Source of the DNA: Eledone cirrhosa
Lineage: Eukaryota
NCBI GenBank assembly: GCA_964016885.1
Contig: OZ024754.1
Span: 37,014,001-37,078,000, forward strand
DNA length: 64,000 nt
Direction of reading: 5' to 3'
Below, piece by piece: positions 50,976 through 62,457 of this stretch. The stretch's first letter is position 1. The number at the start of each line of letters is the position of its first letter. A model generated the notes under the pieces. The model was given only the letters and a program-made list of their open reading frames with translations. It did not search any database and was not told the DNA's origin. The position numbers and the translations under genes are program-made.

Positions 50976-51834
50976 AAAGAACACATTAGATAATAAGCCT
51001 ATATATCCTAAGTCAATCATAACATTAACCCTTTCATGACTATATACCTAAGTATTTAAAATAAATATAAACACTAAAACAAACAATTTTGTACTGTCAA
51101 AACAGGCATGAATTCAAGTGAGTTGGTATTTTAAAATGAGGGGTTTTACTATAATAGAACAACTTTAGTGGTTTCACATGAAAAGAGAGGTAAATGATAT
51201 GTTAATTACTTACACGATGTTAATTACTGACACATGATCACAGTGTGACTTAGTCAATGATATGTTAATTACTGACACATGATCACAGTGTGACTTAGTC
51301 AATGATATGTTAATTACTTACATATGATCACGGTGTGACTTAGTCAAGCCGGAACCAAATTCCTTCTCCAAATCATCACAACCAACATCAGAATCTTCCA
51401 ATTCTTCATCGAAAGACATGGAACTCATCAACCCAGTAAGCAAATTCTTGTAGGCAGGAGTTTCTAAAGTGAAAAAAAAATCAATCATCATCATTATCAT
51501 TTTTATGCAGACATTTCCACGCTGGTATAAGTTGGACATTTTGAGGCAATGTTTTACAGATGGGCACCCTTCCTGGCACCAAACCTTTTAGTTGCTTCTT
51601 ACAATTCACAGGGATATGATGTATCTATTTTAAACTGGATACAGACTATGAGATTCGAAAGCTTAGAAAATCTATAGGACATACAAAACCATATATATAT
51701 GCCTATTTTGACAATACAAAATTGTTTGTTTTAAAGTGTTTATATTTATTTAAAATACCTAGGTATATAGTCATGAAAGGGTTAATGTTATGATTGACTT
51801 AGGATATATAGGCTTATTATTTAATGTGTTCTTT
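50976..51834. repeat. About 134-bp inverted repeat flanking a KIZ-like exon
   Basis: 50976-51109 is the reverse complement of 51699-51834 with few mismatches. Confidence 0.9.
51322..51463 (-). CDS. KIZ: Kizuna-like exon
   Basis: TTTAG| and |GTAAGT, 142 nt, phase 1-2. Encodes ETPAYKNLL..., matching the recalled Kizuna ETKAYQLLK motif. Confidence 0.78.
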
Positions 51835-52620
51835 CTTGGCTGAACTAGAGAAGAAATTCCAAACATGGAAACATGGCCTAGAATCAAAAGGCCTTAAAGT
51901 TAACTTGTCTAAGACTAAAGTTCTAGTATGTAGAAAGGAAAATAGGGCACAGGTGCCCTCTGGGAAATGGCCATGCTCAGTGCGTAGGAAAGGAGTAGGC
52001 AGAAATTCAATTTTATGACCCAAATGCAAACTATGGGTACATAAAAGATGTAGTGGGATCACAGGTAAGCTATCTAAGAACGTAGATTTTATATGTGGCC
52101 GATGCTCAGGTGCAATAAATAGCAAGTGCCCACAGGATACTAGCTCCTTCTATTGCCCAGATGGTTCTATAGAAATAGTGGACACCTTCCGTTACCTGGG
52201 TGACGAAATCAGCAGTGGTGGAGGGTGTTCTGAAAGTACAGTAGCCAGAGTCAGAACGGGATGGAAAAGGTTCAGAGAGCTTATACCGCTGTTGGCCACT
52301 AAAGGTTTCTCTCTAAAAATGAAAGGCAGATTGTATGATGCCTGTATACGAACAGCAAGGTACATGGCAGTGAGACATGGGCATTGTGTGCAGAGGCCCG
52401 GCGCAGACTGGAGAGGAACAAAGCATGTATGCTGCGTTGGATGTGTAATAGTAATATACGTGAACGGAAAAGCATAAATGAACTAAGTGAGAAATTAGGA
52501 ATAAGAGGGATCAGATGCTGTTTACTTGAGAGAAGACTACGTTGGTATGGTCACGTGATGCACATGAAAGACGACAGCTGTATAAAAAAGTGCAGGGTGA
52601 TCAAACTTGATGGAAGTGTG
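51835..52620 (+). mobile_element. RTE-clade LINE fragment (RT C-terminal region, frameshifted)
   Basis: WKHGLESKGLKVNLSKTK, a Cys-rich insert, FRYLGD, MLRWMC and RRLRWYGHV. Confidence 0.9.
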
Positions 52621-53343
52621 CGCATATATACATGTATAGACACATATATATATATATATGTGTGAATATACATATATACATATATATGGGTGTGTATGTG
52701 CACATATGTGCACACATATATATATATATATATGCATGTACACACGATGATATGTGCCCACATGCAGCACACATGGACCACAGATACATATACGTACACA
52801 TGCATACACATATACGTACTCATGCATACACATACATACACATATATATAGCTGGATCTACCAACTCATAATATTATAATATTATAAAATTAAATCAAAT
52901 TTTTTAACACTACAAGTGAAGTCATTCTTTTCCTTTTTTTCAAATATACCTAACTGTACCAAGGATCTCACACATTTTCCAATATATATATATCATCATC
53001 ATCATCATCATCATCATTTCATTTTACGTCCGCTTCTCCCTGCTTGCAAGGGTGGGACGGGAACTGATTCTGGCTTGATTTCTACAGCTGGATGCCCTTC
53101 CTAACACCAACCTCATTTACAGTGATTGCTGGGTGCTTTTTTGCTGTGGCACCTCCACGACCACTTTGCAGTGGAATGATATGGACCCCAGTCCTATCAT
53201 CTCATTTCTACAGCTGAGTAAACTGGAGCAATGTGAATAAAGTGTCTTGCTCAAGGAAACAACACATCACCCAATCTGAGAATTGAACTCACAACCTTTC
53301 GATTGCAAGGGCCAATGCTCTAACCACTAAGCCATGTGCCTCC

Positions 53344-53409
<66 letters not shown>

Positions 53410-53854
53410 ATATATATTAGAAAGTGAGGTTTTTTTTACAAAATGAAAAATAACCGAGGTGTCCTACACGAGTGAAAGTATAAGGAAAAAAGATGAAATT
53501 GAAAATGTAACTCGAGTCTTTTTTTAAAAAAAAAATATATTTATTTGGTTCCTTTACTGGTTTCGCAGTTCTTCTGCTTTTCAAAAGTAGAGTTGAGATG
53601 GAGGGTCTGTGGTTTTTCTCACATCTCGTTGGTCTTTGAATGTTACTTGTTTTATATGGAAAAAGTGGCTCGAAATGCCAAGTTTTTAGAGAAGTAGTTT
53701 GATTGGTTGGTGAATAAGTATAGTAAATTAAAAAAAGGCTTTGTGAGCCACTTTTTTTTAAGTAAAAAGAAATTCAAATGTGCTTATTCACGTGACTGCA
53801 TCAACCAACCAAACTTCACTCATATATGAAAAAACAACCCCCATCTCAACTCTA

Positions 53855-53890
53855 CTTTTGAAAAGCAGAAGAACTGCGAAACCGGTAAAG
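53855..53890 (+). ncRNA. Degenerate hammerhead-like motif in foldback element 53479-53964
   Basis: CTT-TTGAAAA-GCAG AAGAA CTGC-GAAAC-CG-GTA-AAG, then AATAAA. The first core box deviates from CUGANGA. Confidence 0.5.
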
Positions 53891-54094
53891 GAACCAAATA
53901 AATATATATATTTAAAAAAAAAAAGACTCCAGTTGCATTTTAGATTTCATCTTTTTTCCTTATATATATATATGTATATATATATAGTCCCTTGAAGTAT
54001 GACATAATGGTTGTGGTTGGGTTGGAACTTATCTATATTTGGCTACTTAGTCAATATTGCATCTGTTTAAACACAGTGTCACTGTAGCAAATGT

Positions 54095-54626
54095 TGAGTC
54101 TGTGGAAGGTGGAGTGTATAGGAGGTGGTGTCTGTGGAAGGTGGAGTGTATAGGAGGTGGAGTCTGTGGAAGGTGGAGTCTATAGAAGGCGGAGTCTGTG
54201 GAAGGTGGAGTCTATAGAAGATGGAGTGTATAGGAGGCGGAGTCTGTGAAAGGTGGAGTCTATAGAAGGCGGAGTCTGTGGAAGGTGGAGTGTATAGAAG
54301 GCGGAGTCTATAGAAGGTGGAGTGTATAGGAGGCGGAGTCTGTGAAAGGTGGAGTGTATAGAAGGCGGAGTCTGTGGAAGGTGGAGTCTATAGAAGGCAG
54401 AGTCTATAGAAGGTGGAGTGTATAGGAGGCGGAGTCTGTGGAAGGTGGAGTGTATAGGAGGCAGAGTCTGTGGAAGGTGGAGTGTATAGGAGGTGGAGTT
54501 TGTGGAAGGTTGAGTGTATAGGAGGTGGGGTCTGTGGAAGGTTGAGTGTATAGAAGGCGGGGTCTGTGGAAGGTGGAGTGTATAGAAGGCAGAGTCTGTG
54601 GAAGGTGGGTCTATAGAAGGTGGAGT
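54095..54626. repeat. 15/30-bp G-rich minisatellite
   Basis: GGAGTCTGTGGAAGGT alternating with GGAGTGTATAGRAGGC. Confidence 0.93.
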
Positions 54627-54709
54627 CAGTGAAAGAAATAAGCTGAAGGCAGAGTCTGTAGTTGAATATTTTCATGAGAATTAAAATATAATAAACACCA
54701 GAAACTTAC

Positions 54710-54871
54710 CATTTATATTGATTTTAGCTGACATTTTCGGTGGTGATCTAGGTTCATATTGATTATTGTCTTCACCCTTATCATTTTCCTCCTCCTCATC
54801 ATCATCATTTACATCTTTATCTGGACAATAATAGGCATTGCTATTACTAAATGCAACATTCTCCTGTTCAC
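54710..54871 (-). CDS. KIZ: Kizuna-like exon (acidic)
   Basis: TTTACAG| and G|GTAAGT, 162 nt, phase 1-1. Encodes EQENVAFSNSNAYYCPDKDVNDDDEEEE...KININ. Confidence 0.78.
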
Positions 54872-55607
54872 CTGTAAAAACAGAAAACAACACAGTCTAT
54901 CAGAAATAGTAAAGTCAGTATATTTTTTCATTGTTGGGAAATGGTGGAGGGAAGGATATTTTTCTGCACCAAGAATGGGAGGGTCAACAGGGTGTATGCG
55001 TATGTCTATACGTATGAATGTCTATATATGTGTGTATCCCACACTGTAAAGTGGATGTGTAAAAGACTCGGCATAAAGCATCCCGCACACACTGTCAATG
55101 TGGTTGGCGTTAGGAAGGGCATCCAGCAGTAGAAAACCAGCTAGAAACTCTCCTATATGAGCGTATGAGCGAGACACGGTCACCCGATGCAACTTGCCTC
55201 TAAATGGGACTAACCTGTTTAACCCATGCTAGCGTGGAAGATAGACGTTAATCGATGATGATGATGATTATATAACAGACCAGATATAATGACTAGGCTA
55301 TGCAACAGACCAGGTATAATATGAAGTACAGGTGTATTGCGCTGTTGTTTAGCTCCACATAGAACTCTGAATTGGCCAGTCATGTATAATAAAAAAAATA
55401 TTCTAGTTATGATCAACTAGACATTTTTTGAAGCTTTGTACATATGACGTTACATTTGAACAATATTTGTTTCATGCTGCTCCTTCTAGTAAGTCATGTA
55501 GAGCTTTTCTTGTTTCATAGCAATGTTTCAAGTAAAACTGCTTCTAAGAGAAAAGGCCAAATGTGGTTAAGATTTGGAATAATAAAGTTAAAAATATGTT
55601 AACATAC

Positions 55608-57075
55608 ACCAAATATTTGTGTTAGTCTCATCAGGCTTGTCAGGTGACATGGAAGAATCTGAAGAAGAATCTGATTCATTGTAATGAAAGTGCATAGCTT
55701 TTGTTGAACTTTGTTGATGTGGTTTAACTCCCGTGGAACTGAGTTGAGGCGGTTTACCATCTGTTGAACTGTGTTGAGGTGGTTTACCATCAACTGAGCT
55801 GTGGTGATGATGTTTACCATCAGTTGAACCGTGGTGATGTGGTTTACCATCAGTTGAGCTGTGGTGATGATGTTTACTATCAGTTGAACCGTGGTGATGT
55901 GGTTTACTATCAGTTGAGCTGTGGTGATGTGGTTTACCATCAGTTGAGCTGTGGTGATGTGGTTTACTATCAGTTGAGGTATGGTGATGTTTACCATCAG
56001 TTGAGCTGTGGTGGTGATGTTTACCATCAGTTGAGCTGTGGTGGTGATGTTTGCCATCAGTTGAACTGTGGTGATGTGGTTTATCATCAGTTGAGCCTTG
56101 ACGATGATGTTTACCATCAGTTGAGCTGTGGTGATGATGTTTACCATCAGTTGAGCTGTGGTGATGTGGTTTACCATCAGTTGAGCTGTGGTGATGTGGT
56201 TTACCATCAGCTGAGCTGTGGTGATGATGTTTAGCATCAGTTGAACTGTGGTGATGTGGTTTATCATCAATTGAGTTGTGGTGATGTGGTTTACCATCAG
56301 TTGAGCTGTGGTGATGGGGTTTAAGATCAGTTAAGCTGTGTTCATGTGGATTAACATCAATTAAACTCTGTTGAAGTGGTTTTACATCTGTGAAGCTCTG
56401 TTGATGTGGTCTAACATCTGTTAAGCTCTGTTGATGTTGTTTAACATCTACTGAACTGTATTGCTGTGGTCTATCATCTGTTGAGCTGTGCTGATGTGGA
56501 TTAGTGTCTGTTGAACTCCAACTGTGTGGATTAAAATCAGTTGAATTCCGTTGGTGTGGTTTCACTTCTGTTGAGTTGTGTTGATATGATTTAAAATCAG
56601 CCGAGCTCTGTTGGTGTGGTTTAATATCTGAATTTGATTTTAAATCAGTTGAAGTCTGTTGGTGTGGTTTAAAATCATTTGAATTCCATTGGTGTGATTT
56701 AACTTCTGATGAGCTGTGTTGATGTGGGTTAAAATCAGCTGAGCTCTGTTGGTGTGGTTTAACATCTATTAAATTTTCTGGATGTGGTTCAAAATCAGTT
56801 GAATTCAGTTGATGAGGTTTCAAATCAGTTGAAATCTGTTGATGTGATTTAGATTCTGTTGAATTATGTTGCTGTGATTTAAAATCTGCTGATACCTGTT
56901 GATGTGTTTGAAAGTCTATTGATTCCTCTTGATGTGAGTTAAAATTTGTTGAACCATGTTGCTGTTGTATATTTTCTGTTGATCCCTGTTGCTGTGCTTT
57001 AAGGTCTGTTGAACTTTGTAGTTGTGGAGCATTTTCTGCTGCATTCCCCAACAGCTTAATCAATATGTGGAAGGC
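55608..57075 (-). CDS. KIZ: Kizuna-like large exon with His/Ser/Gln-rich decapeptide repeats
   Basis: TTAG| acceptor at phase 0 and T|GTATGT donor at phase 1, 1468 nt open. AFHILIKLL is followed by roughly 40 ten-residue repeats with consensus STDGKPHHHS. Confidence 0.78.
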
Positions 57076-57242
57076 CTAACAAATGAAATCAATGACAGAG
57101 AGTTACACACAGATATATATAATGTTAGATATGAACATATGTTACACGGATATATATACAATCACATATAAATATATAGTTGCACAGGATGGACGTTAAA
57201 CGAAGATGATGATGATGATGATGATGATATATATACATATAT

Positions 57243-57420
57243 ATAGGAAAAGAGTCAGGACCCCGATGGCTGAGCTCCGGCTGTTTCGACAGCTAGATCC
57301 AAACCTTGCTGTCGAAACAGCCAGAGCTCAGCCGTCGGGGTCCTGACTCTTTTCCTACTACCCACTCTACTCCGGTGTGTTATGGTCCACCTGGTATCTT
57401 ACCCACACCTTCTTTGTTCT
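57243..57420 (+). mobile_element. Family B foldback element
   Basis: Hairpin TAGGAAAAGAGTCAGGACCCCG...CGGGGTCCTGACTCTTTTCCTA with a GAAAC...GTC half-ribozyme. Confidence 0.65.
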
Positions 57421-57479
57421 TTGTTATAATCCATGCTAGCGTGGAAGATGGACGTTAAATGATGATGATGATATATATA

Positions 57480-58212
57480 TACCCTACCCCAAGTAGACCC
57501 TATAGAGGGGCCAGCAGTACAAGTCAGCAGCAGCGTAGTAAGTAAGGCAATCAAAGATATGAAGACGGGGAAGGCAACCGGTTCATCGGGTATATCTGCT
57601 GAGATGCTGAAGGCATCTGGGTCGGTAGGTCACACCATAACCACATGTATTGTTAACCAGGTAATACAAAGGATTGGTGCAGTAGCATCATTGTCAACTG
57701 CTATAAAGGTAAAGGTGATGCACTAGATAGAGGAAACTATAGAGGTATAAAGCTGATGGACCAGGTCATGAAAGTAACAGAAAGAGTTATAGCACAGTTG
57801 ATTAGGGACCGGGTGAAACTAGATGAGATGCAATTTGGGTTTGTGCCAGGAAGAGGCACGACTGATGCCCTCTTCCTTGTGAGGCAGTTACAGGAAAAGT
57901 ACCTAGCTAAAAGTAAGCCACTCTACCTGGCATTCGTCGATCTCGAGAAAGCCTTTGACAGAGTTCCCTGTGCTATAATCTGGTGGGCTCTTAGAAAACT
58001 AGGAGTAGATGAATGGCTTGTGAAAGCTGTACAAGCCATGTATAGGGGAGCAGTCAGCAAAGTTAGGATTAGCAATGAGTATAGCGAGGAATTTAGCGTA
58101 CAGGTCGGTGTCCACCAGGGCTCTGTTCTTAGCCCTCTCCTGTTCATCGTAGTCCTGCAGGCAATAACGGAGGAGTTTAAGACCGGATGCTCATGGGAAC
58201 TCCTATATGCAG
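57480..58212 (+). mobile_element. RTE-clade LINE reverse-transcriptase fragment
   Basis: RGNYRGIKL, QFGFVPGRGTTDA, AFVDLEKAFDRV, GVHQGSVLSPLLF and ELLYA (truncated before DD). Confidence 0.92.
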
Positions 58213-58439
58213 TGATGCGGGACTGGTCGGTTAACCGTGTCTTGCTCGTACGGAAGTGTCTTTGGTAGGTTTTTTCTACAGCTGGATGCCCTTCCCAACA
58301 CCAACCCCATTTACAGTGTGGGCTGGGAGCCTTTTTAGCATGTCTCCTACACAATCACCTTACAGCGTGGACTGTTGTATCATCGACACAGTGGACGGAA
58401 CGGGAGAGAGGATGGTATATATATTGCTGTGGAACTTAC

Positions 58440-58596
58440 CCGAGTGTGGTAAAGAGAGTGTCTGTGCAGTAATGAAGGACTGAATATAGCTGCCACTTCT
58501 GGTATGCTGAGAATATCATTGTTGACAAGAAACAGGAAATGCTGGAAGAGGCACTGCCATAGAGCGTTCGCAGGTCGACAACCATCAAAACTGCAA
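58440..58596 (-). CDS. KIZ: Kizuna-like exon
   Basis: AAAG| and CGG|GTAAGT, 157 nt, phase 2-0. Encodes CSFDGCRPANALWQCLFQHFLFLVNNDILSIPEVAAIFSPSLLHRHSLYHTR, in a different frame from the listed ORF. Confidence 0.75.
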
Positions 58597-59220
58597 CTTT
58601 AAGGAGAAGATGAAAATACAAAAACAAGAGAAATATATATACATTGAAGCTCCGACATCTGGCAACTGAGTTGGTAAACACCCACAAAATTATTAACCAT
58701 CTTGCTAACAACAACCCTGAGTACCTTTTTGATTTCCATGTGTCTAACACACGTGGGCATGCCTACAAAGTCAGAAAACAGTACAGCTTCCATGACTTTC
58801 GGAAAGATTTTTTCACGCTCAGTTGCCGAAGCATGGAACAAACTACCTGCATCAGTTGTTAGCTGTCGAGACACTGCATCCTTTAAATCCTCCATGAGTG
58901 TCACTGATTTGGCTGCTCTTTGCCCCTAGCTTCACCATGACTTTGATGTTTTGATGGAGGCCATGTTGCTCGAGTGGGTGCAGACTTCGAACTGGCAACC
59001 CCACGTTGCAACATGCATTTAAGGGTTCATGTTAGAACATATTATGACACATTAGTATGAGAATGTAAAGGTGTGTTGAGATCAAAATCCCTGCATATGA
59101 TTTTTAGCTATGTACTTTTCCCACAAACATTTTGAAGCCCCCTCGTATAAAATGGCTGTCTAATTAAAGAATATATAGCTTACATTGCACATTTCTTAAT
59201 GAAGCTATGAACAGACTTAC

Positions 59221-59391
59221 ATAACATTCCTCTCATCACAAGAAAACCAATCATTGGAAATAAACAAGGAATCACACAGAAGACATTGGTTTGGTAAATT
59301 CTGGATAACAGTTGGCAACTGGTGAAGAATGATCATAGAGATGATAACAGAATCAAACTTCATGGCAGGTTTTTTACTATTGTTGGCAGCT
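59221..59391 (-). CDS. KIZ: Kizuna-like exon
   Basis: CAACAG| and |GTAAGT, 171 nt, phase 2-2. Encodes ...ISMIILHQLPTVIQNLPNQCLLCDSLF..., resembling the recalled Kizuna VVLQQL...GCLLP block. Confidence 0.75.
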
Positions 59392-59619
59392 CTGTTGGAA
59401 CAAAGAGATTCACAGAAATAAGGGGCATGTTAGATTTTTAAGAGGATTATTTTTTTTTAGTAAAAAGTCTTCTTTTACATTTTTAAAAGGTTTATTCTTA
59501 TTTTACTGGTTTTAGTCATTAGACAGCAGCCATGTTGGGACATTGACATGATTTATATTTTCAAGTCTGGTCTTTATTCATCTCTTTTTTGTCAAACTAC
59601 TACGTTACAGGACACAGAC

Positions 59620-60080
59620 ACAGACATAAACATAGGCATGTACAGATGCAGATGTAAACATAGACATGTACAGATGCAGATGTAAACATAGACATGTACA
59701 GATGCAGATGTAAACATAGACATATACAGATGTAAACATAGACATGTACAGATGCAGATGTAAACAGACATGTACAGATGCAGATGTAAACATAGACATA
59801 TACAGATGTAAACATAGACATGTACAGATGCAGATGTAAACATAGACATGTACAGATGCAGATGTAAACATGTACAGATGCAGATGTAAACAGAGACATG
59901 TACAGATACAGATGTAAACATGTACAGATGCAGATGTAAACATAGACATGTACAGATGCAGATGTAAACATGTATAGATGCAGATGTAAACATGTACAGA
60001 TGCAGATGTAAACATAGACATGTACAGATGCAGATGTAAACATGTATAGATGCAGATGTAAACATAGACATGTACAGACA
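59620..60080. repeat. 22-28-bp minisatellite
   Basis: Repeats of ACATGTACAGATGCAGATGTAAACATAG. Confidence 0.93.
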
Positions 60081-61540
60081 CATATATACACACATGACAG
60101 GTTTCTATAGTTTCCATCTACCAAATTCCACTCAAAGGTCATTGACCAACATGTGGCTATAGTAGAAAACACTTGCCCAAGGTGTTGTATAGTAGGACTG
60201 AATCCTAAACTACATGGTTGTGGAAACTTCTTAACCACACATCAAAGTTTTTCTTTTTTTAAAAGACATTTTAAAAATGGAGAATATTTTATACTTAAAA
60301 GTATAAAATATTCTCTTTTGTGACTATATTTTACATTTTTAACCCTTTCATGACCACATTTTACATTTTTTACTCTTTCATGACCCTATTTTGTTTTTAA
60401 ATTTTGCATTTACATTATTCTGTATATACTATATTTTCACAGTAAAAACTTTACCTCACATAATTATCTCACATAATATCGAATCTATGAGATTTTGATA
60501 TTATTTATTTTGAGAACAATACCTCAACATCAGTATGAGTGGCTGGTTACTGCTGGTTTGAACAGAAAGAGGTGAGAAAATTCTGGGCGAATACGGCTGG
60601 TTTAAATGCTAAAGGGTTAACCCTTTCATGACCATATTTCTAATACACTTTCTTTGTGTATTAATTAACTTTGGAAATGAGAAAGGATTTTTGAGGAATT
60701 TAATAAAATGACAAACCTTTTCATAATAAAGTTGTTTTTGGAACATATATTAACATAACCTTCTAACATAAAAATATAACAGAAGGTTTTAATTTAAATA
60801 AAGACATTTTAAAATGAGAAGTTTTATATGAATGAACCAAGTTTAGATCTTCAGTGGTTAGTATCAAAATGGTTAAAAAGATTATTTGTTTGAAATATGT
60901 TATTTTACAATTTTTAAAGGGTTATTTAAAAGATCGTTATTGACATTTTTGTAAGGGTTACATAAAAAAAAGTCTGTTTTGCATTTTTACTATGAGGTTC
61001 ACCAGATCTCTGCATGTTACAAGAAGTAATTAAAAAGAGTGTCTAGCACTAACCCTTTCATTATATTTCTCATGAAACACACTATTTATGATTTTCAAAT
61101 AATTTTGAAAATAATCAAGAATTTGAAGGTATTAGGTAATATAACATTTTCATTGTTAAGCTAGTGTTTCGAACATAATATAAATATTCTTTCATAAAAT
61201 TGTGATGGAAAGTTTTTAGATTAATATAAACACTTTAACCCTTTAGCATTTACATTACTCTATATTTACTATTGTATTTTCGCAGCAAAGGCTTTATCTC
61301 ACATAATATTGAATCTATGAGATTTTGATGTTATTTATTTTGAGAACAATACCTTAACATCAGTATAAGTGGCCAGTTATGGCCAGTTTGAACAGAAAGA
61401 GGCGAGAGAGTTCTAACCGGATATGGCCGGTTTAAATGTAAATAGTTTTGTATCATCGAACCAGGGTAGTTTCAGGGGATTTGGTCTTAAAACAAAAAAG
61501 AAAACGTTTACAAATAAAAGTGTTGAAATCTTCCACTTAC

Positions 61541-61684
61541 TTAATAATTTCTTGTATGCCACAATCAAGAGCTTCAACAGAGCGATAAAATTTCGCTTTG
61601 TTCCATTTGAGAGATCTGAAAGATTCTTCCACAACATGTATCAAGAGTGAAAGACCATTCAAGGTGAGACTGTTTGAACTCCAC
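61541..61684 (-). CDS. KIZ: Kizuna-like exon
   Basis: AG| and |GTAAGT, 144 nt, phase 2-2. Encodes WSSNSLTLNGLSLLIHVVEESFRSLKWNKAKFYRSVEALDCGIQEII, resembling the recalled LSxxGFFHLLxSIE block of non-mammalian Kizuna. Confidence 0.72.
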
Positions 61685-61859
61685 CTTCAATAAATACAAC
61701 ACATAAAGATTATTTCTGTTTTATGTATTCAGGATTTTGTTGTCATTAAGTTAAGACAGTCAACACCTCTCACTTGCAAAATATGGTGGTGTGCAGTTTA
61801 AGGTGAGGTTGAAATGCAATTGCATAGCTGTTTGATGTGTAGATGTAGGGCAGGTTGAT

Positions 61860-62212
61860 GTGCAGACATAGGGTAGGGTGGTGTGTAGTTTTAGTGAGGG
61901 TGGTATACCGTTTCAGTTAGGGTGGTGTGTAGTTTTAGGGAGGGTGGTGTACATTTTTAGTGAGGGTGGGGAACAGTTTTAGGGAGGATGGTGAACAGTT
62001 TTAGGGAGGCTGGTGTACAGTTTTAGGGAGGGTGGTGAACAGTTTTAGGGTGGTGTACAGTTTTAGCGAGGGTGGTGTTCAGTTTTAGGGCGGTGTACAG
62101 TTTTAGTGAGGGTGGTGTTCAGTTTTAGGGTGGTGTACAGTTTTAGTGAGGGTGGTGTTCAGTTTTAGGGTGGTGTACAGTTTTAGTGAGGGTGGTGTTC
62201 AGTTTTAGGGTA
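61860..62212. repeat. 18-22-bp G-rich minisatellite
   Basis: Units GGGTGGTGTACAGTTTTAGTGA and GGTGGTGTTCAGTTTTAGG. Confidence 0.9.
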
Positions 62213-62297
62213 GGTTGGCATCTGAGTGGACATGTGAGTGTGATTGTGTGTGTGTGACTATCTGAGTGCGTATGATTGTGTGTGTAGATAAACTTAC

Positions 62298-62457
62298 ATA
62301 GTTCCTCGGAGTTGATAGTTAGGAATGCCAGGTTCATTCTTAGTTTTAGCCTTTAGCTCTGAATTATTTATGTCCATCCCTTCACCTTCTTCACTACCAA
62401 AATCACTGATGCCTGACTGGCCGTCACTCAAATCCCCATTGGCTTGTGATCTGCCAA
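62298..62457 (-). CDS. KIZ: Kizuna-like centrosomal protein, internal exon (upstream exons probably lie beyond the window)
   Basis: TTTTTTACAG| acceptor and |GTAAGT donor, 160 nt, phase 1-2. Encodes GRSQANGDLSDGQSGISDFGSEEGEG...NYQLRGT. Confidence 0.7.

Noticed and set aside
61860-62212. Interstitial telomere (TTAGGG)
   Set aside because: TTAGGG occurs only as part of a longer minisatellite unit and never in tandem.
47969-62457. PI3K p85 or ARHGAP identity for the third gene
   Set aside because: No SH2 domains follow the GAP-like region, and the ETPAY and DFDFYE* motifs fit Kizuna better.
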